This document shows positions 13,713-28,100 of a DNA stretch of 64,000 nt, piece after piece. Position 1 is the stretch's first letter. Each line of letters opens with the position of its first letter. Where the stretch lies: assembly GCA_010909165.1 (NCBI GenBank), contig MU008166.1, positions 1,178,001-1,242,000 of the forward strand, given 5' to 3'. Both the position numbers and the translations under genes were made by a program. The notes under the pieces are model-generated. The model worked only from the letters and a program-made list of their open reading frames with translations, made no database searches and was not told the DNA's origin. Source of the DNA: Anthoceros angustus. Lineage: Eukaryota; Plantae; Anthocerotophyta.

Positions 13713-15525
13713 ATCAAAACGTTGTCTTGGGTCCTCGAGCAACTCATAATTATTGCTTGGTCGCGAGGAATTTATTATTGCTTGGATGTTTGTGCTCTAT
13801 AATGTATTTAAAATTGGTGAATATAGATTATTTGTCAAAATATATTCAACCTCGTGGTTGCTCTCAATATCCTAGGCAAATCAATTGTTTAGGTGGGTTG
13901 ATGAGCAATTTTACCACTTATTGTTTGATAGATGTTCGAGGTAGAACATGGCGAGGATGAGCAACTTACAAACCACTTATTGTTAGGCTTTCACGATTTG
14001 CGAAGGTGGGCAACTCAACCAACCACTTAGATGATGGCTCCTTTATATATATGACCTTGAATACTAGATACTATACATGGATATTTGATATTTCCTTTCT
14101 AGCATCTTCAAATTGTTTTCTTGTGATAGGTACTATAAATGGATGTTTGATATTTTCTTTCCGGCACGTTCTAATTGTTTTCTTGTGGTAGCGATAATAT
14201 ATTTATATTTGGTATTTTCTTTGTGGTATCTTTAAATTTCTTTCATGCTGCTCGTATTGGTCCATCATAGTATAAAAATGGCACGGTTGTGCAACTTAAT
14301 AATTAAGTCTCCTCACCTTGCGTTCTTAATGTACAACATGTCAATTGGAGAACTCAACCATACCAAATGCTGTAGGAATAGAAGTTGATGTGAAATAGTT
14401 AAAACGTGATTAGACAAAGGTTTGTTTCTCTTGATGAACTCGTGATGTATTAAGCAATGCCATGCCTAACACTTCAGCCCAAATGTGGTAACATGGTCAT
14501 AGTTTTAACCTTATTAATGTTATGAATTGCTAAACTTACGTCAACTTAAGGGTGGCCTTGATTGCCCACGAACCTTTTATGTTGAGCTCACGATGGCCTC
14601 CCAAAGCGCTTACTAAGGGCTGTCCATGACATTCAAACCTTCATCAAAAGGAGCCATTCTATATATCAAGTTTTGAGGCAAGAAATCTTTATCAAGGTGC
14701 CCAACACTGCGTATGCGCAATTAGGAGATCCCATTACTTTAGTGTAGATGAGACCATCCAATTTGTACACTTTTTAAAGAACTACTCATCATATTGATTT
14801 CAAGGATGGATTCGACTATCAAACTACGTGCGAGAAAACAAAACTAGACTTGTAGGATAAGAGTTTAGTCGCGACTTTGCGTTACGGAATAGCGCGACCT
14901 ACTTTGGGCTTTTCTTGTAAATACATAAGCATTGGGATTCTCATCTTACCTCCATTTTCAAATTTCATGGCCAAACCCAAAAAAACGATTTACAATAATA
15001 TAAATTGAAGTAGCAAAAATTATGGCGTAACAAAAACAAAAAAAAAAAATAAATAAAAAAATAGAACCTCAAACAACAGTGGTAAAATAATAGATGAGAT
15101 CGAACTTAGATTATAATTTGCCTTATATATAGTCTCGGGGAAGGGAATACTACTAGTTTTCAAAATTATTTTCATTGATTATTTGGCTTAGTGGTTCGAC
15201 GAGCTTTCTGCAGTAAGAGAACCACAATAACCGTTAGGGTTGCAACAAAGTCAGAGCTCAAGTATCACAAAGTTAGAGACTTCAACTTAAACTGTGAGAT
15301 AAGATCAGATAACAAAATCCAAAATTAAAAATTGAAGTTCAAAACCGCCCAATCATATATCGACAAGCTAGGGCACAATTAACACTAAATATGCACAAGT
15401 TCCACTAAGCACTTAAGCGTCTAACCTGGCACACCAAAGTGTCTAGTTACAAACCTTGGAGGTTAAGTAGGGTGCAGTTCGTCTTGCTACACGGTTATTT
15501 GTAAGTCGTGTGTCAACACCTCCGG

Positions 15526-16155
15526 TGTCGCAGTCGAATCATATAAGCACTTCGACCAACAACCAAGCAAACAAATCTTATACGTATATAGGTGCAACCA
15601 ATAACAACAGAGTAGCTCGCCGTCGTGGCACAAACACACCTCCCACAACATAAATTCGCGCATCGCCCGGGTCATGGCCTCCTCACAACACCCTTGCATT
15701 GCGTATCTAGAGGACAAGCTATGATCCGAGCTTTTCAATGGAAGTCTCATATACTAGACCGGCGTGACATATTAAGATATCCTATTCATATTGCCTATCC
15801 TAAGAATACACTATAATATGCAAGGAATATGCCAAAGCATATTACTTGAGCTTATCCACTTAGCTATTGTATCCTAAGAATACACTATAATATGCAAGGA
15901 ATATGCCTACTTGAGCTTATCCACTTAGCTATTGTATCCTAAGAATACACTATAATATGCAAGGAATATGCCAAAGCATATTAGCTTATCCACTTAGATA
16001 TTGCTAATCATGTTTAATTAACACTAATCAATGCTTAATTAACATAAGCACATTAGATTAATTAACACTAATTACTTAAAGATAAGTAGTTAGATTAATT
16101 AATGCTAATCAAACACTAAACCCAATTGCAAAGATTAGTATCACACGGCATGACA
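15526..16155 (-). mobile_element. Second copy of the solo-LTR-like insertion, within the 2.8-kb duplication
   Basis: Same termini tgtcgcag...ggcatgaca and same internal repeats as 12713-13380. Confidence 0.65.
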
Positions 16156-19100
16156 GAGCCGCCTCGAGAACCTCTCGTCCTTGGCAGTGCATCCGCATTG
16201 GATCGGCACTTTCTTTTTGAGCTTGATCAAGTCATCAAGACTCAATTTGCCTTCCTTAGCAGCGGTTCCATACATATGGTGGCCGCGTGACCTTAGCAAA
16301 GATGTCATGATTCTTTTATTGAGCTTGATCAAGTCATCAAGACTCAATTTGCCTTATAATGCGGTTTCATGCATATGGTGACCGCCATGTGACCCTTTAA
16401 GCTTGATCAAGTCATCCACATTCTTTTTGAGCTTAATCAAGTCATCAATCAAAACGTTGTCTTGGGTCCTCGAGCAACTCATAATTATTGCTTGGTCGCG
16501 AGGAATTTATTATTGCTTGGATGTTTGTGCTCTATAATGTATTTAAAATTGGTGAATATAGATTATTTGTCAAAATATATTCAACCTCGGTGGTTGCTCT
16601 CAATATCCTAGGCAAATCAATTGTTAGGAGTTCTCGAGGTGGAACCGTTGCAAGGATGAGCAATTTTACCGACCACTTATTGTTTGATAGATGTTCCTGA
16701 GGTAGAACATAGCGAGGATGAGCAACTTACCAAACCACTTATTGTTAGGCGTTCCTGAGGTGCAATGTTGCGAAGGTGGGCAACTCAACCAACGACTTAG
16801 ATGATGGCTCCTTTATATATGACCTTGAATACTAGATACTATACATGGATATTTGATATTTCCTTTCTAGCATCTTCAAATTGTTTTCTTGTGATAGGTA
16901 CTATAAATGGATGTTTGATATTTTCTTTCCGGCACGTTCTAATTGTTTTCTTGTGGTAGCGATAATATATTTATATTTGGTATTTTCTTTGTGGTATCTT
17001 TAAATTTCTTTCATGCTGCTCGTATTGGTCCATCATAGTATAAAAATGGCACGGTTGTGCAACTTAATAATTAAGTCTCCTCACCTTGCGTTCTTAATGT
17101 ACAACATGTCAATTGGAGAACTCAACCATACCAAATGCTGTAGGAATAGAAGTTGATGTGGGAAATAGTTAGCAAACGTGATTAGACAAAGGCGTTTGTT
17201 TCGTTTCTTGATGAACTCTGTGATGTGAATTAAGCAATGCCATGCCTAACACTTCAGCCCAAATGTGGTAACATGGTCATAGTTTTAACCTTATTAATGT
17301 TATGAATTGCGTGCTAAACTTACGTCAACTTAAGGCTGGCCTTGATTGCCACGAACCTTTTATGTTGAGGCTCACGATGGCCTCCCAAAACTGCTTCTTA
17401 CTAAGGGCTGTCCATGACATTCAAACCTTCATCAAAAGGAGCCATTCGTATATCTAGTTTCGCGGCACCGAAATCTTTATCAAGGTGCCCAATATTGCAA
17501 GGCAAAGCGGCAATTAGGAGACCCCAATACTTTAGTGTAGATGAGACCATCCAATTTGTACACCTTTGACATAAAGAACTACTCATCATATTATGATTTC
17601 AAGGATGATTTCAAGGACTATCAAACCACGAGGCGTAAAACAAAACTAGACTTGTAGGATAAGAGGTTAGTCGCAGAGAAACTTTGCGTTCTGGAATAGC
17701 AGGGGTTTGACCTACTTTGGGCTTTTCTTGTAAATACATAAGCATTGGGATTCTCATCTTATCTCCATTTTCAAATTTCATGGCCAAACCGCAAAAACGA
17801 TTTACTACAATAATATAAATTGAAGCAATAGCACAACAAAAATTATGGCGTAACAAAGCAAACAAAAAAAAGAGAATAAAATAAAAAATAGAACCTCAAA
17901 CAACAGCGGTAAAATAATAGATGAGATCGAACTTAGATTATAATTTGCCTTATATATGTAGTCTCAGGGGAAGGGAATACTACTAGTTTTCAAAATTATT
18001 TTCATTGATTATTTTAGCAGTGCATCGACTTTTCTTGTGTTCATATGAAAGTTGTAGTTATTGCATATTACTTTTTCTTGTTTTTGTTTACTTGTAAATT
18101 TAGGGAAGGAGTTTCAGTAGTTAATTAGTAACACGATTTAGTAATTAATGAGTAATAGATTGTAATTTGTTAGTAACTTAAGGACTTATGATGAACTTTT
18201 GTGTTGTTGGTGCTTAGATTATCCTCACCATGGTTACACCAAGCAAAGTCTGAAAGCATTCACGGCGCGGTTGGATTCTCAGGTACAAATTAGTGTAAAA
18301 TTAAATGGTGGTGCTGATTTCCTTGCATGTACAAAACAATATGCGCTACATGTATGTCTATACAATTGCATAATGGATCACAATGAGTAAATATATAGAG
18401 ACATAGTTTAGAACCATAATGTTTTGCAAGTGTATGATTAGAAAGGAAGAAGTTTTAATGTTGTAAAGTGCAACACCAAGAGGCTATGATTATGTATGTC
18501 TATACAATTGCATAATGGATCATCAGTAAATGTATATAGATATAGTTTAGAATGCGCTTTCTTAGAGCTATGATTATTTGCAATTGTATGATTAGATTGC
18601 AAAAAATCTTAATGTTGTAAAGTGCAACACTGTGAGGCTATGATCACGTGTCTAGCAAAAAGCGCACACGGAAAAAGATCAAAAGAACTCATTATCAAGG
18701 TCGGCAAGATGATGGAAATGGAGGTTCTAGAGAGGAAGTCGTGAAAGGACTAACCGCTAAGGATCATATGCAAGATGGAGGAGCTCAAAGGCTAGCACTA
18801 GCTTCTAAGAATCATGAGCTATCGGGCTTATGTACAATCAAATTGAGCACGATCCATGGAGCGATTGGTGACTCATGGCAAAGGGCGCTTGAAGGTTTTC
18901 CAAACAAGGATGATGAAGGTACACACTTGTAGCTTCTAACAATCATGAGTTATTAGAGCATAAGTACAATCAAATATGAAATTTGGGGAGCTCATTTCAT
19001 TGGTCCTTGATGGTTTTCCATTTTTCCAGACAAGAATGATGAAGGCACACACTCAGAAGGAAATCAGGCCGTAGAGTCTGAAGTGATAAAGTTACAAAAC

Positions 19101-20295
19101 TTGAACTTGAAAGGAGTTCAAGTCCCACTTCCCTGTGAAGTGCAACAAGAAGAAGTGAAAAGAGATGGAGTTTGCTTGCAAACCACAATCAATCGAGAGG
19201 GAAGTATTGAGAGATAATATGAGAGATTGGGATGTGCATGAAGATGAAGTAGAAAGAGATGACGTTCATGTTCCCGATGAAGTACTCCGAGAAGAAATGA
19301 GGACCGAGGAAGCGCCGAGAGAAAAAATGAGAGATTGGGATCTCAACCTCATGTATGACCCTGAAGGTGGAAGAAAAGTGGAGTTTCCTATGATGAAACT
19401 GGAGGCGGAACAAGAGCTTTGAATGTGTAACATGCCTAGGTAAAAGATTGTTGGCACATAGTTTGGCCAAGGGGTGGCAGTATGGCAAATACCAGTTTTT
19501 ACTGATTTATCTCACTCTAGTCCTGTGGCAAATACAGCTTTTCACTAAATTTTCTATGGCAAATACCGCTTTTCATTGATCTTTCTCGTGAATATCGACA
19601 GAGGTTTGCCTCCACTCAAAAACTTGGGAAGGAAGAAGCTAGAGGAAGTTTTGGGGACCGTAATTAACCTCTAGAGTTTTGAATAGGTTGATAGAGTCAA
19701 ATATAGTTTAAGGTTTTGGGATAGACTGCTAATTAAGATCTAGAATTTTAGCCTTAAGCTTGAGAGTTGCGGGCTTAGATCTAAAACACCCGAAACTATT
19801 TTGAGTGGCAGCGAGCCCGGATGGAACAATTTGTTTGATCTAGGAGTCTGGGCTGTTGTCGAATGTGAGCTGGTGAATCGATCGGGAGTTCAGTTGATTC
19901 AGCACCGCGGTTGTTAGCTGGGTGTGTGATGTGAAAGAGGAGACTCTTAGGAGCAAGGGCAAGAGCAAGAGCAAGCTGAAGGTGGTGAGCCAGCCATTCT
20001 CCAGAGCAGACGGGGAAAATTTACGGAACCAGTGCCAACAGCTCAGACTTCAAAAGTTAAAATGAGCCATTGCCCACACTCCAGAACCACATTGCTTTCA
20101 TCAAATAAAGCTGCAAGAATCGGGTTACCGGAAAAACGATCGGCCTCAGCACAAGGCCCTTCCCAGGTTTAGCTGGGAATTATTGTGAACCCACAGGCTA
20201 GGCTCCAGCTCCCGAAATGAAGACGAGGAATGAGATGTGATGAGGAGGAAGAAGCTGCGCTAGACCTGACAGTTTCGGCAAAGCAAACCTGTTGA

Positions 20296-22452
20296 ATGAG
20301 CTGCTCCTCCTGGACAAGCACAAGGAGGGCACTGTGCGACAATGACTGGGCGCAGCTCGCTCCTGCCAGCCCTGGCTATTGGGGTAATCGGTGCCCTAGA
20401 AGGAGTAGCTTCCGGTCGCAGAACCAAGTGTTGAAGCACAACCAAGTGGGCAGTCGCCGCGATGGTGTACCTCAGCCAAGCTGTTCTGGAGCAGGTCTGG
20501 ATGGAGGGGGATCGTCTAGAGTGGGTCGTAGCCAGGAGGAGTTGTGGCGACTGTTTTTTTCGGAACCCGGCACTGTGGTGGGATTCCAGGCAAAGAAAGA
20601 AGAGTTTCCTTTCGCCTGATTGACGGCACAGCCAGTCTCAGGAGGTCCTGTGGTCAAACAATTTCTACAAGCCAGCTTGGGTGGATGGATGCGCAGCTTG
20701 CTGCTCTGGATGGGGGGATGGTTTTGGGTCGTTTCGCCTCTCGCAGCAGGTTACTGGAAGTGGAAAATCCTGACACCCGCGGGCCTGCAGTTAAAGAATG
20801 GGGCGTGACAGCTGAAACAGTGAGCAGGCTATGTCGGAAGGGCCATCTGGCCGAGGCCGTTGAGGCTTTGGAGGTTCTGGTGCGGACAGAGCGTGGTGTT
20901 TCTGGGTCCCTCTTTTACACAGTCCTGAAGAAATACTTGCATGGGGAATAAGGATCTTCTTCCGGGTAGCCGCGTGCATGGTCTCATGGTGAAGAAGGGG
21001 TACCATTCTGACAGGTTCCTGGCTTTCCACATCCTGCGAATGTATGCTTCTCATGGCAGGCTGCAGGAGGCCATGGATGTGTTTGAAGCAGTTGCCAAAC
21101 CGCATGCCTTCACGTGGTCTGCCATCATTTCTGCTCATGTTAAACAGGGACAATACAAGAAGGCCATAGAACTGTATAATCGGATGCGGAGGTCAGGTGT
21201 GAAGTCAGATGGACGTGTGTTCGTGGCAGCACTCCAGGCTTGTGCGAGGGGATTGGACTTGAGTTCTGGGCAGCAGGTGCATGCTGATGTGCTGACCAGT
21301 GAAGCCGAGCCTGATTTATGCGTTTCTAGCTGCTTGGTGGACATGTGTGCAAAATGCGGCACCTTGGATGGAATGTGGTGGTGTGGAACGCCATGATAGG
21401 CGGGTATTCCCAGCAGGGCATGGGGCGAGAAGCTCCTTTTCTGTACAATGCAATGTTGGAAGAAGGCATGGCTGTACCCGATGCTGTGACATTAGTGTGC
21501 CTCCTGCTGGCGTTGGAGGAGGGGAAGCAGGTGCCTAGGCACATCACAGAGCGAGGCCATGAAGTTGATGTGTTCGTAGCTAACAGTTTGGTGAACATGT
21601 ATGCAAATTAAAGTGTGGCAGCTTGGAGGACGCTCACCGAGTGTTTGACGGGCTTGGTGAGGGAGACGTGGTAACGTGGAATGTCATGGTAGCAGGATAT
21701 TCCCGGGAGGGCGTGGGCCAGCATGTGCTTCGTTTGTACAGTGCTCTGCAAGAACAGGCCATGGATGTGCCGGATCCCATCACTTTCATGTGCCTCCTGC
21801 CGGCATGTACAAGTGTGGGAACTGCAGCGTTGGGGATGAGGAAGCAGATTCATATGCAGATCAGAGAACGAGGCCATGAAGGCGGATATGCTTGTTGCCA
21901 ACAGTTTGGTGAGCATGTGTGCCAAGTGTGGCAGGCTGGAGGACGCCCACAGAGTGTTTGATGGGCTTGGTCAAAAGGAACTTGGTGACTTGGAATGCCA
22001 TGCATATGATAGCAGGGTATACGTATTCCCAGCAGGGAATGGGGCAGGAGGCATTGCCCTCAGCCTGTACAGTGCTATGCTTGAAGAAGGCATGGCTGTG
22101 CCTGATTGTGTGACATTTGTGTGCCTCTTGCAGGCCTGTGCAAGTCTGGGCTCCCCCTGCACTGGAGAGGATTGCAGCTTCATATGCAGATCAGTCAGGA
22201 AGGACATGAAGGTGATGTCTTTGTAGCCAGCAGTTTGATTAACATGTATGCAAAGTGTGGCAGCTTGAAGGACACTCGAGTGTTTGGACTTGGTCAGAAA
22301 AATCGGTAACGTGGACTACGATGATAGCAGGGTATGGGGCAGAAGCCCTTCATCGTTACAGTGCCATGCAAGAAGAAGGAATCGTTTCAGTAGAGCCTGT
22401 GATTTTTGCGTGCCTGCTGCAGGCATATGTGGGCACACTGGCGTTGGAGGGG
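20296..22452 (+). pseudogene. Truncated, frameshifted PLS-class PPR pseudogene; inverted paralog of 39921-45192
   Basis: Same N-terminus (MSCSSWTSTR...) and the first ~5 PLS triplets. The PDF motif is broken by a stop (cct gat tga), there are several frameshifts, and the copy ends abruptly at ~22452. Confidence 0.9.
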
Positions 22453-25400
22453 ACGGGCTTCAAAGCCCTCAAGCTGACACCTGTACCAAGGTGCTGGTGA
22501 AACGGATCCGACTCCAGAAATGATGGCTATGTGGTGCAAGCTGCAACTCACAAGGCTATGCATCGACAACCTACAGAACTCCGCCCATCATTTCCAACAC
22601 AACAGAATATTTAGGGACCTCGGATCGCTGAGATTCACACCCCAAGCAGGTCAATGTATTTGAAATTTTAGTCTCAAGTAAATACTTAAATAATATATCA
22701 AATAGGTATGATAGGTAACGTACTTACGTAATTTTGCTTATCAGTCGCAGTGCAGCAGCCGTTTTGTTTAATTGCTGCTGCAGGAATGACAATGACACCC
22801 CTAGAGGTAGCAGTACGTGGTTGTCTTGGGATGGGGTTCCACATTTCCCCAGTGTTCAGCACGTGGCGTGTTGAACCTTCTTACTACTTTCCTTAGGGTA
22901 TGTGCTGTGTTGTTCAGCTGATGCTCATGCCAGGCTGCCACACTAATCACCAATTTTGCCCATCTGCTATGTACCTCGCGACAGCTGAGTCGTAACACAA
23001 TGAGTTAGTATCAAATGATATTATTAATAGAAATATTAATAGTTGTACATTCACTCTAACTATTTAGACATTGTAGTCTTATATCTTCAATCTCAATGGT
23101 CTCGAGTAACATCCCTGCTTCCACTCAGCTGTGTGGCGATTAGATGGGCGGTTGGTCGGTCTAAGGTGGGCTCCCAGGTTGAGGGCTTGCTTTGTGGTGG
23201 GGCTCGCCACGTTGAGCATGGGATATTGGGGTTGATATCGCGATGTGGGGTGGAAAAGGTGGCGATGAGGACATGATCTAGGGTTTTGGTGTGGTGGTTG
23301 TGGTGGGTGGTGTGGAGGTGTGATTATTTTATTTTGTTGAGTTTTGAGCTCATGGCTATTGTCGCTAAGCGTAAAAAATATATATATGATGTAGGTCTCA
23401 ATATTGGAACTATATTACGTAGTATTGAGGACAAAATCTGAAGACAACTCTATATTGAGACTAGAGTGTAATATTGGCAATATTTCCTTAAGGGAAAAAT
23501 GAGTCTCTTTGGCTAAGCACCAATCTTTGGCATGAAACTCGGTGAGGGGATGAGGAGGGCCAAGAAGAGGAGGAGGATGAAGTCAATTGTAATGGATGAT
23601 CTTATAGAGAAGAGATTTGATAGTCAGGATTATATCTGCAACAGGATCTTGATTCGGCAACCTCATGGGCTAAAGATTTTGATCTTTCCAAGTAAAGTTT
23701 GATTCATTGCTTTTGCATGTCAATGCCTTAAATTCTTCTTTTATCGGGTTTCTTGTAGCGTCGGTAACTAGTTGAGGCTATAAGAAGGTTATTCTCAAGC
23801 TTATTCATGCACAAAGGGAAGAAATGCATAGTTATGTGGCCAAAAGTTGCGAGTTTGGGCGATCTGGAAGACTCTAAAGCTCGTTGGCGCAAGGCTTACA
23901 AAATGAAGTTTTTCACGCACCATAAAGCCATCCATTTGGAAAATTAATTCACTTCAGACAAGTTTTACCTACATATTTGGAAGCTTATTGGTAAAACCTC
24001 TTGGGGTTAATGATATCGATCCCCTACTCCTTCTTGTCTTGGTGGTAACACAATATGAAGAGGCGTGCTCATGCATTGAACTTGAGAATTTATGGTCTTG
24101 GTAATGACATTGTTGCACCACTTGTGGCTGCAAAGGAGTTTCTCAATAGGCTAGAGGTCGATGTGGTCGTTGCTCGAGCCCGGCTTGGAAAGGATCTTTG
24201 GTAGAGGCGCATATTGATTATGACTTTTCACTCCATGGATGATCGCCTCCAGTTATGAAGGCTAGGTCTATGTTACGACGACTCGGTTATATATCAATGA
24301 TCTTACACCATTGCAATGGAAGATTAAGAAGGAGAAGTTACACTTTGATGCTCGTCTGCAAGTCAATGGCTTTCTTTCATGGGGATGAATTTGTGGTGTT
24401 TAGCCCTCGTTCATGCATTAACATTATTGATTGATTGAAGATTATTTGTCTTGTTTGAATTTTACCTTTGCATTCGTCTAGACCATTTTACGCAATCTAT
24501 GTAGTTGCCATATTTCAATCCTATGGCGAAGATCCGTCCTTAGTGGACTTGAATAAATTTCTTCTTCTTCCTCTTCATCTTCTTCATTTGTTACAGTGCC
24601 ATGCAAGAAGAAGGAATCGTTTCAGTAGAGCCTGTGATTTTGCGTGCCTGCTGCAGGCATGTGCAAGTGTGGCACACTGGCGTTGGAGGGACGGGCTTCA
24701 AGCCCAAGCCCCTCAAAACAGCTGACACCTGTACCAAGGTGCTGAGGTGAAACGGATCCGGGGACTCCAGAAATGATGGCTATGTGGTGCAAGCTGCAAC
24801 TCACAAGGCTATGCATCGACAACCTACAGAACTCCGCCCATCATTTCCAACACAACAGAATATTTAAGGGACCTCGGATCGCGCTGAGATTCACACCCCA
24901 AGCAGGTCAATGTATTTGAAATTTTAGTCTCAAGTAAATACTTAAATAATATATCAAATAGGTATGATAGGTAACGTACTTACGTAATTTTGCTTATCAG
25001 TCGCAGTGCAGCAGCCGTTTTGTTTGCAGCAATTGCTGCTGCAGGAATGACACAATGACACCCCTAGAGGTAGCAGTACGTGGTTGTCTTGGGATGGGAG
25101 TTCCACATTTCCCCAGTGTTCAGCACGTGGCGTGTTGCGAACCTTCTTACTACTTTCCTTAGGGTATGTGCTGTGTTGTTCAGCTGATGCTCATGCCTGG
25201 AGGGCTGCCACACTAATCACCAATTTTGCCCATCTGCTATGTGCCTCGCACGACAGCTGAGTCGTAACACAATGAGTTAGTATCAAATGATATTATTAAT
25301 AGAAATATTAATAGTTGTACATTCACTCTAACTATTTAGACATTGTGAGTCTTATATCTTCAATCTCAATCTGGTCTCGAAAACATCCCTTCCTCCAGAG

Positions 25401-26905
25401 CGTGATGGCGGTGGTGATGCGGTCTAAGGTGGGCCTGTCCCAGGGGTTGAGGGCTTGCTTTGTGGTGGGGCATCTGTGGCTCTGTCACGTTGAGCATGGG
25501 ATATTGGGGTTGATATCGCAGTGGGCGTGGGGTGGAAAAGGTGGCGATGAGGACATGATCTAGGGTTTTTGGTGTGGTGGTTGTGGTGGGTGGTGTGGAG
25601 GAGGTCGCGATTATTTTATTTTTGTTGAGTTTTTGAGCTCATGGCTTCTATTGTCGCTAAGCGTAAAAAAAATATATATGTAGATAACAGGGTCTCAATA
25701 TTGGAGACTATATTACGTAGTATTGAGGACAAATACGAAGACAACAGGTATCTATATTCGAGACTAGAGTACGTAATATTGAGGCGGAGAATATTTCCTT
25801 AAGGGAAAAATATGAGTCTCTTTTGGCTAAGCACCAATCTTTGGCATGAAACTCGGAGGACGAGGGGGATGAGGAGGGCCAAGAAGAGGAGGAGGATGAA
25901 GTCAATTCCGTAATGGATGATCTTATAGAGAAGAGATTTGATAGTCAGGATTATATCTGCAACAGGATCTTGATTCGGCAACCTCATGGGCTAAAGATTT
26001 TGAGGCGTCTTTCCAAGTAAAGTTTGATTCATTGCTTTTGCATGTCAATGCCTTGCAAATTCCTATTCTTTATGGGTTTCTTGCCGTACATACTAGTTGG
26101 AGCTATAAGAAGGTTATTCTCAAGCTTATTCATGCACAAAGGGAAGAAATGCATAGTTATGTGGCCAAAAGTTGCAGTTTGAAATCTTGGAAGACTCTCA
26201 AAAGCTCGTTGCAAGGCTTACAAAATGAAGTTTTTCACGCACCATAAGAAAGCCATCCATTTGGAAAATTAATTCACTTCAACAAGTTTTACCTACATAT
26301 TTGGAGAAGCTTATTGGTAAAACCTCTTGGGGTTAATGATATCGATCCCCTACTCCTTCTTGTCTTGGTGGTAACACAATATCGAAGGCGTTGCTCGCCG
26401 TGCATTGAACTTGAGAATTTATGGTCTTGGTAATGACATTGTTGCACCACTTGTGGCTGCAAAGGAGTTTCTCAATAGGCTAGAGGTCGATGTGGTGCGT
26501 TCGAGCCTTCCGGCTTGGAAAGGATCTTGGTAGAGGCGCATATTGATTATGACTTTTCACTCCATGGATGATCGCCTCCAGTTATGAAGGCTAGGTCTAT
26601 GTTACAGACGACTCGGTTATATATCAATCGATCTTACACCATTGCAATGGAAGATTAAGAAGGAGAAGTTACACCTTTCGGGCTCGTCTTTGCAAGTCAA
26701 CGGCTTTCTTTCATGGGGATGAATTTGTGGTGTTTAGCCCTCGTTCATGCATTTCATTAACATTATTGATTGATTGAAGATTATTTGTCTTGTTTGAATT
26801 TTACCTTTGCATTCGTCTAGACCATTTTACATAATCTATGTAGTTGCCATATTTCAATCCTATGGCGAAGATCCGTCCTTAGTGGACTTGAATAAATTTC
26901 TTCTT
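22348..26905. repeat. Tandem duplication of ~2.3 kb (22348-24586 / 24582-26905), possibly an artefact
   Basis: The second copy restarts at gttacagtgccatgcaagaagaagg (24590) after cttcat microhomology; differences are indel-rich. Confidence 0.9.
23100..24580 (+). mobile_element. LINE-ORF1-like element with AATAAA + (TTC)n tail (copy 1)
   Basis: Decayed reading RILIMTFHSMDDRLQ.MKARS.L...LYIN.DLTPLQWKIKKEKL resembles the L1-type ORF1p RRM/CTD; the element ends gaataaatttcttcttcttc. Confidence 0.5.
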
Positions 26906-26996
26906 CTTCTCTTCTTCTTGTTCTTCTTGTTCTTCTTGTTCTTCTTGTTCTTCTTCTTCTTCTTCTTCTTCTCTTCTTCTTCATCTTCTTCTTCTT
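25370..26996 (+). mobile_element. LINE-ORF1-like element with AATAAA + (TTC)n tail (copy 2)
   Basis: Coiled-coil/acidic segment (ETRVRNIEAENISLREKYESLLAK..EDEGDEEGQEEEEDE), then the RRM-like segment, then aataaa and a ~100-bp TTC/TTG tract at 26897-26996. Confidence 0.55.
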
Positions 26997-28100
26997 AGGT
27001 AACTTTGTATGTATTTTTAAATATAATTATTTTCACTAGCATAGTAAATAAAAATTATTTATTTAATTATTTATGCTATTCTTTGCAACAACAAAGAAAC
27101 ATACAACCATATTACATACATATCGGGCCCTTCTTGTTTCCACCTTTAAATTTGCATATACTAAATTGTGCTAACATGAAGTCTTGCGATATGCAATCTC
27201 GCATCACTTGACCATGGTACACATCTAGCTCCGCATCCAAGACCTCTGCACTTTTGACTATGGCGGAGGTGGTTGGCTACCTCCTCTTCCTATAACATGT
27301 GCCGCCACACTCCCATTTGGGGTCGTTGGTTTGTTGCTTGTATTATCATTCGCATATCAATTGCCTCAATGGTCATTGGTTTGCCATCAAGATCCAAGTG
27401 GTTGTTTGGCTTAGTGGTTCGACGAGCTTTACTGCGATAAGAGAACCACAATAGCAAGAGGGTTGCAACAAAGTCAGGGCTCAAGTATCACAAAGTTAGA
27501 GACTTCAACTTAAACTGTGAGACAAGATCAGACAACAAAATCCAAATGTAAAAATTGAAGTTCAAAACCGCCCAATCATATATCGACAAGCTAGGGCACA
27601 AGTAACACTAAATATGCACAAGTTCCACTAAGTACTTAAGCATCTAACCTAGCACACCAAAGTGTGTAGTTACAAACCTTGGAGGTTAAGTAGGGTGCAG
27701 TTCGTCTTGCTACACGGTTATCTGTAAGTCGTGTGTCAACACCTCCGGAGCCTCGCCTCGAGAACCTCTCGTCCTTGCAGCATTCGTCCGCATTGGATGG
27801 AAACCGCCACGCCTTTTTTCTTTTATTGAGCTTGATCAAGTCATCAAGACTCAATTTGCCTTCCTTAGCGAAGCGGTTCCATACATATGGTGACCACCAC
27901 CGTGGTCCTTTGCCTTAAGCTTGATCAAGTCATGCTTATTCTTTTATTGAGCTTGATCAAGTCATCAAGACTTAGATGATCAACACGTTGTCTTGGGTCC
28001 TCGAGCAACTCATAATTATTGCTTGGTCGCAAGGAATTCATTATTGTTTGGATGTTTGTGCTCTATAATGTATTTAAAATTGGTGAATATAGATTATTTC

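Larger units (their letters stand above)
12381..18014. repeat. Tandem duplication of ~2.8 kb (12381-15181 / 15182-18014), possibly an assembly artefact
   Basis: Junction ttcattgattatt|tggcttagtggttcg at ~15183; the copies differ mostly by 1-5 bp indels. Confidence 0.9.
11914..18330 (+). mobile_element. Unclassified AT-rich interspersed repeat family ('repeat A/B'), with further copies at ~26996-31080 and inverted at ~52070-53572
   Basis: Shared blocks such as tttgcaacaacaaagaaacatacaacc, gagcttgatcaagtcatc and cattgggattctcatc recur at these loci. No coding identity was recognised. Confidence 0.7.
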
